Assembly (NCBI GenBank): GCA_965203905.1
Contig: CBDBDQ010000005.1
Location: 1,184,001 to 1,248,000, forward strand
DNA length: 64,000 nt
Reading direction: 5' to 3'
Source of the DNA: Spirochaetia bacterium
GTDB taxonomy: Bacteria > Spirochaetota > Spirochaetia > SZUA-6 > Bin103
The notes beneath the pieces are model-generated. The model was not told the origin of the DNA. It worked only from the letters and a program-made list of their open reading frames with translations, and ran no database searches. Numbering within the stretch: position 1 is the stretch's first letter; each line of letters starts with the position of its first letter. Below, in pieces: positions 41,107-51,224 of this stretch. Made by a program: the position numbers and the translations under genes.

Positions 41107-42027
41107 TCATGAATTACAGTGCAACGATTTCTGACACCGTGGTCGAACAGTATGGCGGATTATCCCGATATAGATCAGTGCGGTCACGAACATGATTAGA
41201 CTATAGGTGGCGGCCGGCATCTCAGCTTCGCTGGCATTCGTCACAAGCCCGGCCACCGCGATCGCGAGCACCGAGTTCTGTAGACCGCATTCGATAGAGA
41301 TGGCGATACGCTGGCTACGCCCGCTAGCGAACAGCCGCGCCAGCAAATGGGCGAGCACCATCATCACAACATTGAGCACCAAAGCAATTAGCCCCGCTTG
41401 GGCGAAGTAGGCCGCCAAATGCTCGCGGTTCTCGAAGATCGCCAAGGCCACCACCAAAACGAACAGTATTACCGAGACTGTTCGAGCCGTCCGCTGGCGG
41501 CGTCTCACAAAGTTCCCAGCAAGTCTACGCGCAAGGACTCCGAGAGAAAGCGGGACGGTAACCATGAGGAAGACCCCGATCGCGGTGCGAAAGACAGAAA
41601 CGGACGTAACGTCTTGTATGGTCACGATCTGATCATTCGATAGCTCTGGAATCAGCTGATCGTGCGAAAACACTACTATGAACGGGACGGTCACCACACA
41701 GAGCAGACTGATGACCGCGGTGAGCGATATCGAGAGAGCTACGTCGCCACGCGCGAACGCCGTCAGCAGGTTTGAGGTCACGCCTCCCGGCGCCGCTGCA
41801 ATAATCATCACCCCAAGCGCAAGCGCCGGCTCAAGCCGCACAGGCCAGATGGTGACGATCAGCAAGCCGATCAGCGGCAATAGCACCACCTGTGAGAACG
41901 CTCCGACCAGAAGGTCGCGCGGCCGCTGCACCACACGACCGAAATCCGCAAGGGTTAGCCCCATGCCGAGCGTAAACATAATGATGGCAAGAGCGATCCG
42001 CAGAGCTATCTCGGTCCACGATTCCAC
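41107..42027 (-). CDS. Bile acid:sodium symporter family protein
   Basis: IMFTLGMGLT, PGGVTSN, GDVALSISLT, SIECGLQN. Confidence 0.92.
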   Translation of the reverse strand: MESWTEIALRIALAIIMFTLGMGLTLADFGRVVQRPRDLLVGAFSQVVLLPLIGLLIVTIWPVRLEPALALGVMIIAAAPGGVTSNLLTAFARGDVALSISLTAVISLLCVVTVPFIVVFSHDQLIPELSNDQIVTIQDVTSVSVFRTAIGVFLMVTVPLSLGVLARRLAGNFVRRRQRTARTVSVILFVLVVALAIFENREHLAAYFAQAGLIALVLNVVMMVLAHLLARLFASGRSQRIAISIECGLQNSVLAIAVAGLVTNASEAEMPAATYSLIMFVTALIYIGIIRHTVRPRCQKSLHCNS

Positions 42028-42248
42028 ATCCTTCCCCCTTCAATCCGAAGCACCACGTCTACAAGCCCCAATTACATCGCATAGCACCCACGCCTCGCCG
42101 CAATGCACACCGTATCCAACAAACACTACCACCGACAACGTTTCTCTTACTGAACGTGAACACTACGCGCCGGGCACTCAACGAACGTTGGGATGATCGT
42201 CAAAGCACTGCAACCCGGCCGAGTGTCCGCTCGGTCCAAGAGATGACC

Positions 42249-44660
42249 TTAACACTTAATCCGCCACTTCCCCTCGCACCACTCTCCACAGCTAATTGAC
42301 GGGATCGCCTCAAGGCCCAAGGAGTAGCCCAGCTCACGATATGCCTCGAATTGGACCTCATCAAAAAATTGGTCTCTAGTCGATTCGTGCGGAAACGCCG
42401 CACTTCGGCTCCTGTACGAGCTCACCTCAGCGTCCAGGCCTTCTGTCACTGTAGCCTTGATGTAAACCAACACGCCCTTCCTTCCACACTCATAAGTTAT
42501 CTGTGCAACGGCAAAACCACGGCGCGCGTCACCCCGACCGTCGATCTCCTTGTCGTCACCAGTATAGGCCGAACGCAAATTGCGTAGCCCGTAGTCTTCG
42601 TCCAGAAACTCAATAAATGCCCGGAAATCGACCTTCACTCGCTCTATAGCAGTTGCAAGGTTTGTAAAATGACTATGGATGTCCGCCGAGCCGTCGCAAA
42701 TCACAATTAGCTTCAGTTTGCGCCTTATCAGCTCATAAAGACCAAGATTTTCGAAGTGTCCAGCGTCCGTTAGATCCAACATCGAATAATCTTCTTTCAA
42801 TCGACGAAAGAGGAAAACCGACCAGATCCCTGGCCACAGGAGATTCGGTATCTCGCTACGAGACCTCTTCCGTGGATTCGGATGCGGTGCCCAGTACCCG
42901 AGCCGCAAGTTCAATGCCGACATCACTACCGATACGTACCGATTTCGCGTCCAGCCAGATCCACCAGCCCCGGCATTAGGATTCGCCATCGCACCCGAGA
43001 TCGCCATCGCAGTAGCCAGAGTCATCCCCGGATCATTTCGTTTCATATAGCTATCGGATTGCACCCAGCCTGTAGCGTCGCTTCCGCAATATAGTGGGGA
43101 TATCACAAAACTAGCACCGCCGCGTTCGCGGTACTTCGCATTCACTGAATCCACAAGCACAACATTAGTATTGATCAAGTGATATGGTCTAGCATTAACA
43201 CCGCGACACATCTCCTCGATCAGCGCACTATTCGCGTCGTCAGATCGCTCCCATCTCTGACGCCTAACTGCCTCGTTGTCCGGCAGAAAGATCTCCATAA
43301 GACGATCCCTATACATTCGGTGGACGCCCAAATAGTTGACGTTGACGGAACGACCTACGACAAAGAGAAAGACAACGAGAAGGGTCAGGACCAATATCAG
43401 CAAGACCGAGCCAACAACAGACGGAAGATCGCCGTCGTGGATCAAGTGCGCCACGAGCTGTATAATGGGTCTCATCAAGGCATAAGAAGCTATCAATAGG
43501 CCGTATAGACACAGTATAGCACCCAGAGTCTTGAGCGGCTTCTCTCCCTTACGGTGTCGCCTGAATTGATTGGCATCAAATGGCACAAACACGAACAGCA
43601 CGCTACTGGCAAAGAGAATCAGCAGAAAAAGAATGTGCGTCCACGGGCGCGTAGCGTCTCCCATATCGCGCAATATTCGATCTACAATCGGCAGAAATCC
43701 GACACTAAACATTACAACTATCCACTTCAAAAAGAAACCAAATATCTTTTGTGAATTTGTTCTTCCTTTATAGCGAATTTCGCTCCACCGGTGTCGCTCG
43801 CTTGTATCCTTTGGTTGCGATTCGGGCGTTCTATAAGTGCACTTCTTGCTTTCTTGGTTTTGTCTAAATTGAAAGTAGAGAGTAAAGGCGGAGTAAATAA
43901 GACTGCACGCGAGAAAGAGCCAGCAAAGGTAGAGAACTATCTCGAAGATTCTTTTTGATATGATTATGTTAACGTCGCCACCCGGTCCATCGACGTCACG
44001 TTGGACGGGACTAGTCGTAGTATCCGTGGGAGAGTCGAGACGTGCTGGTCCTTCGACGAGCTCGTGTATCCATTCGACGCTAGTATGGAGCGGCGAAACG
44101 AAAGAGGGAACTAAGGGTTTTTGTTTGGACACGTTCTCTAAGACGACTATTCCAAAGGACAGGAGCAGCATGGCGATAACTAAGGCGCACAAGTAGACAG
44201 ATAGAGATACGAGGGCGTTGCGGACGAGAATGGCGACTATAGAAGTAGTGTTGAGATCGCGAGTGGGAACGAGGTAGCTGCCGTGAAAGCGAAGAAAGTT
44301 TAAGATTTTGTTCTGTGCGCATGAGTTGCTTTGTGAGAGGAGAGACCCAAATGGAAAGTTCGAAGCGTTGGTTCCCGCGGGTTGGTCGTTGGGTAAACCG
44401 GAGCGGAGCCACCATGTAAGCGCGCTCCCGATAAATCCGCCGCCGGACACGGTGGACATATAGTCGAACATTCGTAGGGCATCGCCTCTGACCAAGGCCT
44501 GTAATACTCCAAGAGCGAAGGCGGCTGAGCGGATGCCTCCGCCGGAGAGGGCGAGGCCAGACATCTCAGTTCGACATCTATCCATATGCTTGGCTTCTGC
44601 TTTAAGTACCTCTTCCGAACACGTTGTATAAACTTCGGCGTCGTTCTTGCTCGCTTCCAC
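42249..44660 (-). CDS. Patatin/cPLA2-like phospholipase with several central transmembrane helices
   Basis: GLALSGGGIRSA, DYMSTVSGG, AMAISGA, LTDAGHFENLG, DQFFDEVQFEAYR; visibly lower GC. Confidence 0.85.
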   Translation of the reverse strand: MEASKNDAEVYTTCSEEVLKAEAKHMDRCRTEMSGLALSGGGIRSAAFALGVLQALVRGDALRMFDYMSTVSGGGFIGSALTWWLRSGLPNDQPAGTNASNFPFGSLLSQSNSCAQNKILNFLRFHGSYLVPTRDLNTTSIVAILVRNALVSLSVYLCALVIAMLLLSFGIVVLENVSKQKPLVPSFVSPLHTSVEWIHELVEGPARLDSPTDTTTSPVQRDVDGPGGDVNIIISKRIFEIVLYLCWLFLACSLIYSAFTLYFQFRQNQESKKCTYRTPESQPKDTSERHRWSEIRYKGRTNSQKIFGFFLKWIVVMFSVGFLPIVDRILRDMGDATRPWTHILFLLILFASSVLFVFVPFDANQFRRHRKGEKPLKTLGAILCLYGLLIASYALMRPIIQLVAHLIHDGDLPSVVGSVLLILVLTLLVVFLFVVGRSVNVNYLGVHRMYRDRLMEIFLPDNEAVRRQRWERSDDANSALIEEMCRGVNARPYHLINTNVVLVDSVNAKYRERGGASFVISPLYCGSDATGWVQSDSYMKRNDPGMTLATAMAISGAMANPNAGAGGSGWTRNRYVSVVMSALNLRLGYWAPHPNPRKRSRSEIPNLLWPGIWSVFLFRRLKEDYSMLDLTDAGHFENLGLYELIRRKLKLIVICDGSADIHSHFTNLATAIERVKVDFRAFIEFLDEDYGLRNLRSAYTGDDKEIDGRGDARRGFAVAQITYECGRKGVLVYIKATVTEGLDAEVSSYRSRSAAFPHESTRDQFFDEVQFEAYRELGYSLGLEAIPSISCGEWCEGKWRIKC

Positions 44661-45149
44661 TATTGTCCTCCGTAAGTAATGCTATGACTGTTGGTTCGTG
44701 GCAGCTGAGATGAAGGATATCCGATGGTCGGCTGCACCGGGTGCAAGTGTGGCAGCGCTTGAATCTGACTCTGCTGATCGACGCACGACCGCATTACGTG
44801 CTCCGCGGCCAGCCACGCTACCGTAGTTCATCGTGCGGCCTCTGCAAGGCCACGTTCACGGTACCGCTTGACCCCGCTTTGCCGACGGGGGACGACGCCA
44901 TACCACGGGAAAAACCTCCTGACCAAGCGCTCTGTATCATACCATGAACCGCTGCCGGGACGGAACACAAGCCATAGCTACCTGTCCAATTCTTCGGGAT
45001 GGGCATAGCGCTGCTCTTCGCGACCCTTACACACCACGTGGAGCTGGGCCAGTTCCATGTCGAGCGGAACCCTGGATGCAACGCGCCGTGAATGATCGCC
45101 CTGAGCGTCGGTGTGTCCGTGCCTGTTGAGTTCTTCAGCCGTGGCGGCG

Positions 45150-45400
45150 CGTAGTACGTGCCGGCACTGACCGAGGCCGCCACCCAGAAGTTGTAGCCTT
45201 CCTCGCTGTCATCACCGAAGTCATACCAGAAGCGCTCATGCAGAACTAGACCGATGGTGTCCGTGCCACAGGTGGTGGATGCACTCAGTGTCCCGGATTG
45301 GCTCAACCTGATCACGAACACGTCGCCGAGAGCCAGGGTTCTCGCGGTGGACGAGGAGCCAGCCGCTACCATGGTCGCCGTCGCCCGGTCAATTGGGGCT
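45150..45400 (-). pseudogene. Degenerate PPC-like domain fragment
   Basis: DVFVIRLSQSGTLSASTTCGTDTIG...NFWVAASVSAGTYY resembles the domain at ~38230-38460. Confidence 0.55.
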
Positions 45401-45493
45401 CTTGTTCGGCAACCGCTGACGCGTTCTGTTATATTGTGGATAGGGCACCTGTACCGCCCGTCCCAAAACGCCCCGAGAGAAGGACCCCGAACG

Positions 45494-48436
45494 TTGTCTG
45501 ATTCGAACAAGGTATTGTTTCACGTTGCGCTGATAGTCCTCGCGCTGGCCCTGGCACTGACCGGCTGCCGCAGAGCCACTCCGGTTGTCGAACCGCCGGC
45601 GCCGGCCGACACCGCCCCGAGCTTTGCCGCCACCGTGGCGGACCAGAACTTCGCGGTGGGAGCGGCGGTCCGCCTTACCCTGCCCGAGGCCAGCGGCGGC
45701 GACGGCGCCTTGCGCTACACCCTGGGCCCGGAGCTGCCGCGGGGGCTGAGCTTCGACGCCGCTGCCCGCGTCCTCAGCGGGACCCCGGAGCTGGAAGGCG
45801 TCTACGAGATGACCTACCGGGTGGAGGATTCGGACGCCAACACGTCGGCCGAGGACTCCGCCACGCTGGCGTTCACCATCACGGTGAATCCCGCGACGGC
45901 GGTAGCCACCGTGGTGACCGCGATGAGCGCCGGAGCCACGGACGGCGTTCTCAGGTTCGACTCCTTGCCACCGCCGGGGACCGGCCCCGGGGTCGTCGAG
46001 GTGGCCGGCAGCGTCGTCATTGTGAACGGTGGCGCGTTCTTCCTGGACGTGGTTGCCGACCCAGGTGCCGACAAGCTGCTGGTGTCACTCGGCGAGGAAC
46101 GCTTCGGCTACTACGAAATCGATCTCCCGGACGGCGCCGCGTCGGCGCAACGCCTGGTCGGTCACGTCGCGTTCGAGCTGGATCCGGCCATGTCGCCGTT
46201 GTGTCTCTCGCTCACGGCGGTGGACCGGGACGGAACGGCCGGACCGACCGTGTGTCATACGCTGTACATCGTTCCGGTGGCCGGCGGCGAGCTGCAGGTC
46301 ACCGTGTCGTGGGACGCGCTCAGCGATCTCGATCTGCACGTCGTGGACGCCCACGGCGACGAGATCTACTACCGGCAGACCGAGGTAGAAAGCGGCGGCA
46401 TACTCGACCTCGAGTCCACCTGTGACGACGACTTCGGTGGCGTCATCCGCAACGAGCACGTGGCGTGGCCGGACCAGAGTCCCCCGCCGGGCGTCTACGT
46501 GGTCCGCGTCAACTACTGGACGAGCTGCGACGTGCCGGAGACGAACTACGTCGTGCGCGTGAACTACCGGGGCGAGATCAGCACCTTCACCGGCACCTTC
46601 ACCGGGGACGGCGAGGGCGGCGGCCGCGGCGCCGGCGAAGTGATCACGATCTTCACGATCCCGGGCGGCGCGCCGCCGGCGCCGGGCGTGAAGGAAGTGC
46701 CTCCCCTGCATTACCGCGGAAGCGGAGACCAGGTGTTCGTGCTCAACCCGGAGGGGGAGACGCTCGACGATGCCCTGGTCACGCTGGAGCTGGGCGACGC
46801 CGACGCGGAGGTGTACCTGGTCGCCGCCAACGGCGCCCACTATCCCATGGAACCGAACGTCGAACGGCTGGACCTCGTGGAGGCGGCGGCGAAGGGGCTG
46901 CGTGCGGCCGCCACCGAGGAGTATCAGCCGCGGGCGCGGCCGGCGATGACCGAGCGGGCGGCGGAGCGGTCCTGGGTGACGGAGTTCAACAACAACCCGC
47001 CGTTGGGGTCCCGCATCGGAGTCGACAGGCGCAGCAGCAGGCTGCTGCAGGGGGTCGAGCCGGTCACCGCGGATGCGCCCGGCGTCATGGAAGGCGACAC
47101 CTTCGCCTTCCTCGACCGCGGCGATGACGGCAGCGTCGTCGAAATCCCCTCGACCGCGCGCCAGGTGGTCACCGACGGCACCACGACGGTGGCGGTGTGG
47201 GTGGCCGACGCGGACTGGACGACCGCCTGCGAGCCCCACGACGACGACAGCGACGGCGACGGCTCCGGCCGCCTGGTGGCGGCGCACTTCGTCCCCAAGG
47301 TGTGCATCACCCAGGAGATGGCGGATGCGGTGGGGACCAGGTTCCTGCAGCCGGGCGCCAGCAACGACATCCACGACTGGGTCACGGCGATCTTCGGCGA
47401 GCCGTGGGGTCCGCACGACGTCCCGTTCCTGATTCCCGCCGAGGCTGTCGGCGAGGTTCATGTCCTGCTGTTCGACATCGAGGGCGACGGGATACCCGAG
47501 CCGGGAGATTCGCGGATCGCCGGTTTCTTCTGGGCCAAGGACAACTTCCTGAACGACCCCGAAGACCCGGTGTTCGCACTGTCCAACGAACGGCTGATGT
47601 TCTATCTCGATGCGCCGCTCCTGACGGTCGCCGAAGGCGACACCTGGGAGGTGACCGACCGGTGGCCGAGCCGCATGTTGGGCACCCTGGCCCACGAGTA
47701 CCAGCACATGATCCATTTCTATCAGAAACCGGTCTTGCGCGGCGCCGGCAGCGAGACCTGGCTCAACGAGATGTCATCGGAAATGGCCGCGGACCTGATC
47801 GCCGACAAGATGGAGGGTGATGGGCCACGCTCGGTGGCCTACGACGACCCCACGGCCGGGGAGCCGGGGAACGTCCGCGGCCGGCTGCCGGGGTTCAACC
47901 TGTACAACGACATTCAGGTCACCAGGTGGGACGGCCTGCTGGCGAACTACGACATCAACTTCGCGCTGGGCGCCTACCTGGCCCGCAACTACGGCGGCGC
48001 GGCACTGTTCAGCGCCATCGTGCAAAGCGAGCACTCCGGCACCGGTGCGATCGAAGCCGCGCTGGAGTCCCTCGGGCACGATATTTCGTTCAGCCAGGCG
48101 CTGGAGAACTGGAGCGTGGCGGTGCTGCGCTCCGACGATACCTCGGCCCCGGTCCCCTACCGCTACAACGCCGGCGACTGGGTCACCTCGCGAACCGGCG
48201 GCCTGGAGTTCCGGCTGGGCTCGATCAACCTGTTCCACTACGTGTACGGGCCGCCCCGGGTACCGGGCCGGCTGGCCTGGGAGGGCCCCTACCTGCACTC
48301 GCTCGACAGCCTGAACGAGCGCACGCAGCCGCCGCACTCCGTCGCCTATGCCACGCTCGGGCGCAACAGCGGAACCGTGCGGCTGAGCGTCAGCGCGCTC
48401 GGCGACAACCGCATCACGGCGGTAGTCAAGGAGTGA
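45494..48436 (+). CDS. Lipoprotein: putative Ig + YfaP-like + M30-type Zn metallopeptidase (paralog of 22944-25757); TTG start inferred
   Basis: Lipobox LTGC, VSWD..SDLDLHVVD, HEYQHMIH...WLNE, ends ITAVVKE. Confidence 0.85.
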   Translation: MSDSNKVLFHVALIVLALALALTGCRRATPVVEPPAPADTAPSFAATVADQNFAVGAAVRLTLPEASGGDGALRYTLGPELPRGLSFDAAARVLSGTPELEGVYEMTYRVEDSDANTSAEDSATLAFTITVNPATAVATVVTAMSAGATDGVLRFDSLPPPGTGPGVVEVAGSVVIVNGGAFFLDVVADPGADKLLVSLGEERFGYYEIDLPDGAASAQRLVGHVAFELDPAMSPLCLSLTAVDRDGTAGPTVCHTLYIVPVAGGELQVTVSWDALSDLDLHVVDAHGDEIYYRQTEVESGGILDLESTCDDDFGGVIRNEHVAWPDQSPPPGVYVVRVNYWTSCDVPETNYVVRVNYRGEISTFTGTFTGDGEGGGRGAGEVITIFTIPGGAPPAPGVKEVPPLHYRGSGDQVFVLNPEGETLDDALVTLELGDADAEVYLVAANGAHYPMEPNVERLDLVEAAAKGLRAAATEEYQPRARPAMTERAAERSWVTEFNNNPPLGSRIGVDRRSSRLLQGVEPVTADAPGVMEGDTFAFLDRGDDGSVVEIPSTARQVVTDGTTTVAVWVADADWTTACEPHDDDSDGDGSGRLVAAHFVPKVCITQEMADAVGTRFLQPGASNDIHDWVTAIFGEPWGPHDVPFLIPAEAVGEVHVLLFDIEGDGIPEPGDSRIAGFFWAKDNFLNDPEDPVFALSNERLMFYLDAPLLTVAEGDTWEVTDRWPSRMLGTLAHEYQHMIHFYQKPVLRGAGSETWLNEMSSEMAADLIADKMEGDGPRSVAYDDPTAGEPGNVRGRLPGFNLYNDIQVTRWDGLLANYDINFALGAYLARNYGGAALFSAIVQSEHSGTGAIEAALESLGHDISFSQALENWSVAVLRSDDTSAPVPYRYNAGDWVTSRTGGLEFRLGSINLFHYVYGPPRVPGRLAWEGPYLHSLDSLNERTQPPHSVAYATLGRNSGTVRLSVSALGDNRITAVVKE

Positions 48437-48470
48437 TGCCCGCGCGGCCCGCCGGTCGCTGAATCCGCTG

Positions 48471-48707
48471 CGCCGCGGCGCCGGTTTCGCCGCGGCGCCG
48501 GTTTCGCCGTGGCGCCGGTTCGCCGTGGCGCCGGGTTTCGCCGTGGCGCCGGTTTCGCCGTGGCGCCGGTTTCGCCGTGGCGCCGGTTTCGCCGTGGCGC
48601 CGGTTTCGCCGTGGCGCCGGTTTCGCCGTGGCGCCGGTTTCGCGCCTCGGCGTGGGGCCGGTTTCGCCTCGGCGCCGGTTTCGCCGTGGCGCCGGTTTCG
48701 CCGCGGC
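48471..48707. repeat. Tandem repeat, ~13 x 17 bp (ggcgccggtttcgccgt)
   Basis: Direct count with minor indel variants; no spacers. Confidence 0.9.
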
Positions 48708-48713
48708 GTGGCG

Positions 48714-48930
48714 GGTGGAGTCCGAATACCTGACCGCGGCGGGCCGCTTCGCGTACCTGCTGGAAGCCCTGCACCGGCAGACGGGACAGCGCGTCGCGGG
48801 TGCTGGTGGACGAGTCCCCAACTGGACAACCTCACCGACATCACGCTCGATCCCGTGTACTCTCGATCTGGACACCGTGTTCGCTCCGGAATTCGCCGGA
48901 CTCGACCGGGAGCAGGTGCGGGAGTGGTAT
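48714..48930 (+). pseudogene. Multiply deleted remnant of AAA+PD-(D/E)XK gene
   Basis: VESEYLTAAGRFAYLLEALH, NLTDITLDPVYS, DLDTVFAPE..LDREQVREWY pieces spliced together. Confidence 0.8.
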
Positions 48931-49199
48931 CTCGGCTTGATGATCCCGCGATTCATAGCGCGGCAGGGCCATCCCTTGCTGAACGACGTCCGCATCCCTG
49001 GGGCACGGGATGTTCCGGAAGGTACGGTAGTGGCCGCGGTGATGGCCCCGTGCCTGCCGGATCGCCTCCTTCAGGTGCGTGGGTTCGTTCGCTGTACTAT
49101 GTGTCCAGAAATGAGCGGAGTGCCGCCTCCCGCAACACCGGCGGTCTTCGCCGATGCTTTGCTGCCACGTCGGCGCCGCCGTGCAGGATTCGCAGGATT

Positions 49200-49418
49200 C
49201 TGCGAAAAAGCGCCAAAAAACGCGCTGAGCACTTGACGGGTTTGGCGCCGCTCGTAACGGCCCCCTGCCGCACGTGCCGGCCCCTCCGACCCTTCGAACA
49301 TCCCGCCACGCCTTCCAGGCTCGTCAGCACCCCGCAAGCGCCGGCCTGAGCCCTGCCCGATGCCCGTCCCGGGACTTGCCGAAACCGGTCATTTCTCAAC
49401 CATGCTTATATTTACGCC
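49200..49418 (+). promoter_or_regulatory. Conserved non-coding leader of HNH genes (also ~56811-57031 and reverse ~21335-21555)
   Basis: Collinear blocks cacttgacg, gctc.t.acggcc, ggctcg..agc.ccccgc, gcccgtc, gtcattt, tatatttacgcca. Confidence 0.65.
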
Positions 49419-51125
49419 ATGGCTACGGTGGCTACCGCGACCCCTACCGGCTTCTCCTCCTCGCTCTCCGGGCTCCCCGACCAGGTGCTGCTGGCACACA
49501 CCAAGTCCCTCGTCCTGCACGAGCAGGCGCTGCAGCTCGCCGTCCTCGACCACCTGCGCGAGATCCACGCACGCCACCTCCACCTGCGCCTCGGGTTCTG
49601 CAGCCTGTTCGACTACGCGGTGCGGGAACTGGGCTACAGCGAAGGCGCCGCCTGGCGCCGCATAAAGGCCATGCGCCTGTGCTCCGATACCGACGGGACA
49701 CGCGAGCGGCTGCAGGACGGCTCGCTCACTCTGAGCGCGGCGGCGCAGTTGCAGAACACCTTCGATCTCCTGCAGCGCACGGCGATCGCCCCCGCGGACC
49801 CCGGCGCGGCGGCGGTGGCACCGGAGCTGCTGCCGGGCGCCACGGGGACGGCGCCGGAGGCGGGGGCTTCCGGGACCGCGGCAGCGGCGGCCGCGCGACC
49901 GGTGCCGGCGCTGGACGCGGCGCAGCGGCAGGAGCTGGTGGCGCAGGCGAGCGGCAAGAGCACCCGCGAGGTGAAGCAGTTGTTGGCCGGGGTGGCTCCC
50001 GAGCTGGCACGGCCGGCGGATCGCATGCGCGCGCTGGGCGAGGACCGCTGGGAGCTGAAGGTGGCGATCGACTCCGCCTGTCAGCGCGGGATCGAGCAGC
50101 TACGGGCCCTGCTGTCGCACGTGGACCCGCACCTGACGCTGGGGCAACTGGTGGAGCGGCTGGTGCAGGACGGCCTGCAGCGCTACGACCCGGGGCGGCC
50201 GCCGCGCGGGCGCAGAGGTGGGCGCCGGGAGGCAAGCACGGGCCAGGCGCCGGAGCCGACGACGCAGGAAGGCTCGGCGGGCGGGGCGACTTCGCCGGCG
50301 AAGCGGGACGCGCAAGAGCAACCCGGAGTGCCGACGCCGCCGGAGGGCACGAGCGCCGGCGGCAGCACCCCGGCGCCGGCAGCGCTGTCCGCAGAGGAAC
50401 CCGCGCGCGGGATTGGCCACGCCGGCCCCTCGGCGGTGGGCGCGCTGGCAGCGCCGCCGTTGGGGCGCGAGACTTGCGGCAGCAGCACGCCGATGAGTGC
50501 CAAGCCAGCGGCGGTGGCGACCGGTACCGCTACTTCGGCGGCGAAGTCAGTGGCCGATCGTGGGTCCCACGGCACCGTACCGGCGCCGCCGGCAGACCAG
50601 AGCAGGCCGACCGCGACGGCAGCGGCGGATTGCGGTCGCCACGCTCCTTCGCCAGCGAAGCCGGCAGGGGTGGCGCAGCGGGCAAGGGTGGCGCAACGGG
50701 CAGGGGTGGCGCAGCGGGCAGGGGTGGCGCAGCGGGCAGGGGTGGCGCAGCGGGCAGGGGTGGCGCAGCGGGTAAGGGTGGCGCAGCGGGCAGGAACGGC
50801 GCAGATCGATGGCCGTTCGGGGCCCCAGCCGCCGCCAGACGGCCTCTCCGGAGGCAGCGCGCAGCCGCCCCACCGGGCGCGTCGATCCCGCTACATTCCC
50901 GCACCGGTGAGGCGCGAGGTGTGGCGCCGCGACGGTGGCCGCTGCAGTTACGTCGATCCGCACAGCGGGCGGCGCTGCGGTTCCCACTTCCTACTGGAGC
51001 TCGACCACATCGTTCCCTTCGCGCTCGGCGGCGGTGCTGAGCCGGGTAATCTCAGGCTTCGTTGTTCTGCTCACCACCGCTTCCGCCATCGGGAGTACGG
51101 ATCGCCACCAGACGGGGCCACGTGA
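49419..51125 (+). CDS. DUF222-like HNH endonuclease, intact
   Basis: LDHLREI..RHLH..LGF.SLFDY..ELGYSE..AWRRI; RYIP..VRREVW.RDGGRC..C..LELDHIVP..GG..NLRLRC..HH. Confidence 0.88.
   Translation: MATVATATPTGFSSSLSGLPDQVLLAHTKSLVLHEQALQLAVLDHLREIHARHLHLRLGFCSLFDYAVRELGYSEGAAWRRIKAMRLCSDTDGTRERLQDGSLTLSAAAQLQNTFDLLQRTAIAPADPGAAAVAPELLPGATGTAPEAGASGTAAAAAARPVPALDAAQRQELVAQASGKSTREVKQLLAGVAPELARPADRMRALGEDRWELKVAIDSACQRGIEQLRALLSHVDPHLTLGQLVERLVQDGLQRYDPGRPPRGRRGGRREASTGQAPEPTTQEGSAGGATSPAKRDAQEQPGVPTPPEGTSAGGSTPAPAALSAEEPARGIGHAGPSAVGALAAPPLGRETCGSSTPMSAKPAAVATGTATSAAKSVADRGSHGTVPAPPADQSRPTATAAADCGRHAPSPAKPAGVAQRARVAQRAGVAQRAGVAQRAGVAQRAGVAQRVRVAQRAGTAQIDGRSGPQPPPDGLSGGSAQPPHRARRSRYIPAPVRREVWRRDGGRCSYVDPHSGRRCGSHFLLELDHIVPFALGGGAEPGNLRLRCSAHHRFRHREYGSPPDGAT
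50663..50804 (+). repeat. 7 x 18-bp in-frame repeat (GVAQRA) in HNH linker
   Basis: ggcaggggtggcgcagcg units; far fewer units in the other copies. Confidence 0.85.
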
Positions 51126-51224
51126 TCGGCGCTCGCCGGGGTCGAGTTGGGCGGTTGGGCGTCGGTCCGATGGCAGGGGGAGCAACGATTTGCAGCCCGC
51201 TTGTCGCGCCGCGTGGGATAGTTC

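Noticed and set aside
48471-48707. Possible CRISPR array
   Set aside because: 17-bp units are contiguous with no unique spacers, and no cas genes are present
49419-51125. IscB/Cas9-like RNA-guided nuclease
   Set aside because: No PLMP or split RuvC motifs; only a terminal HNH domain after a helical domain
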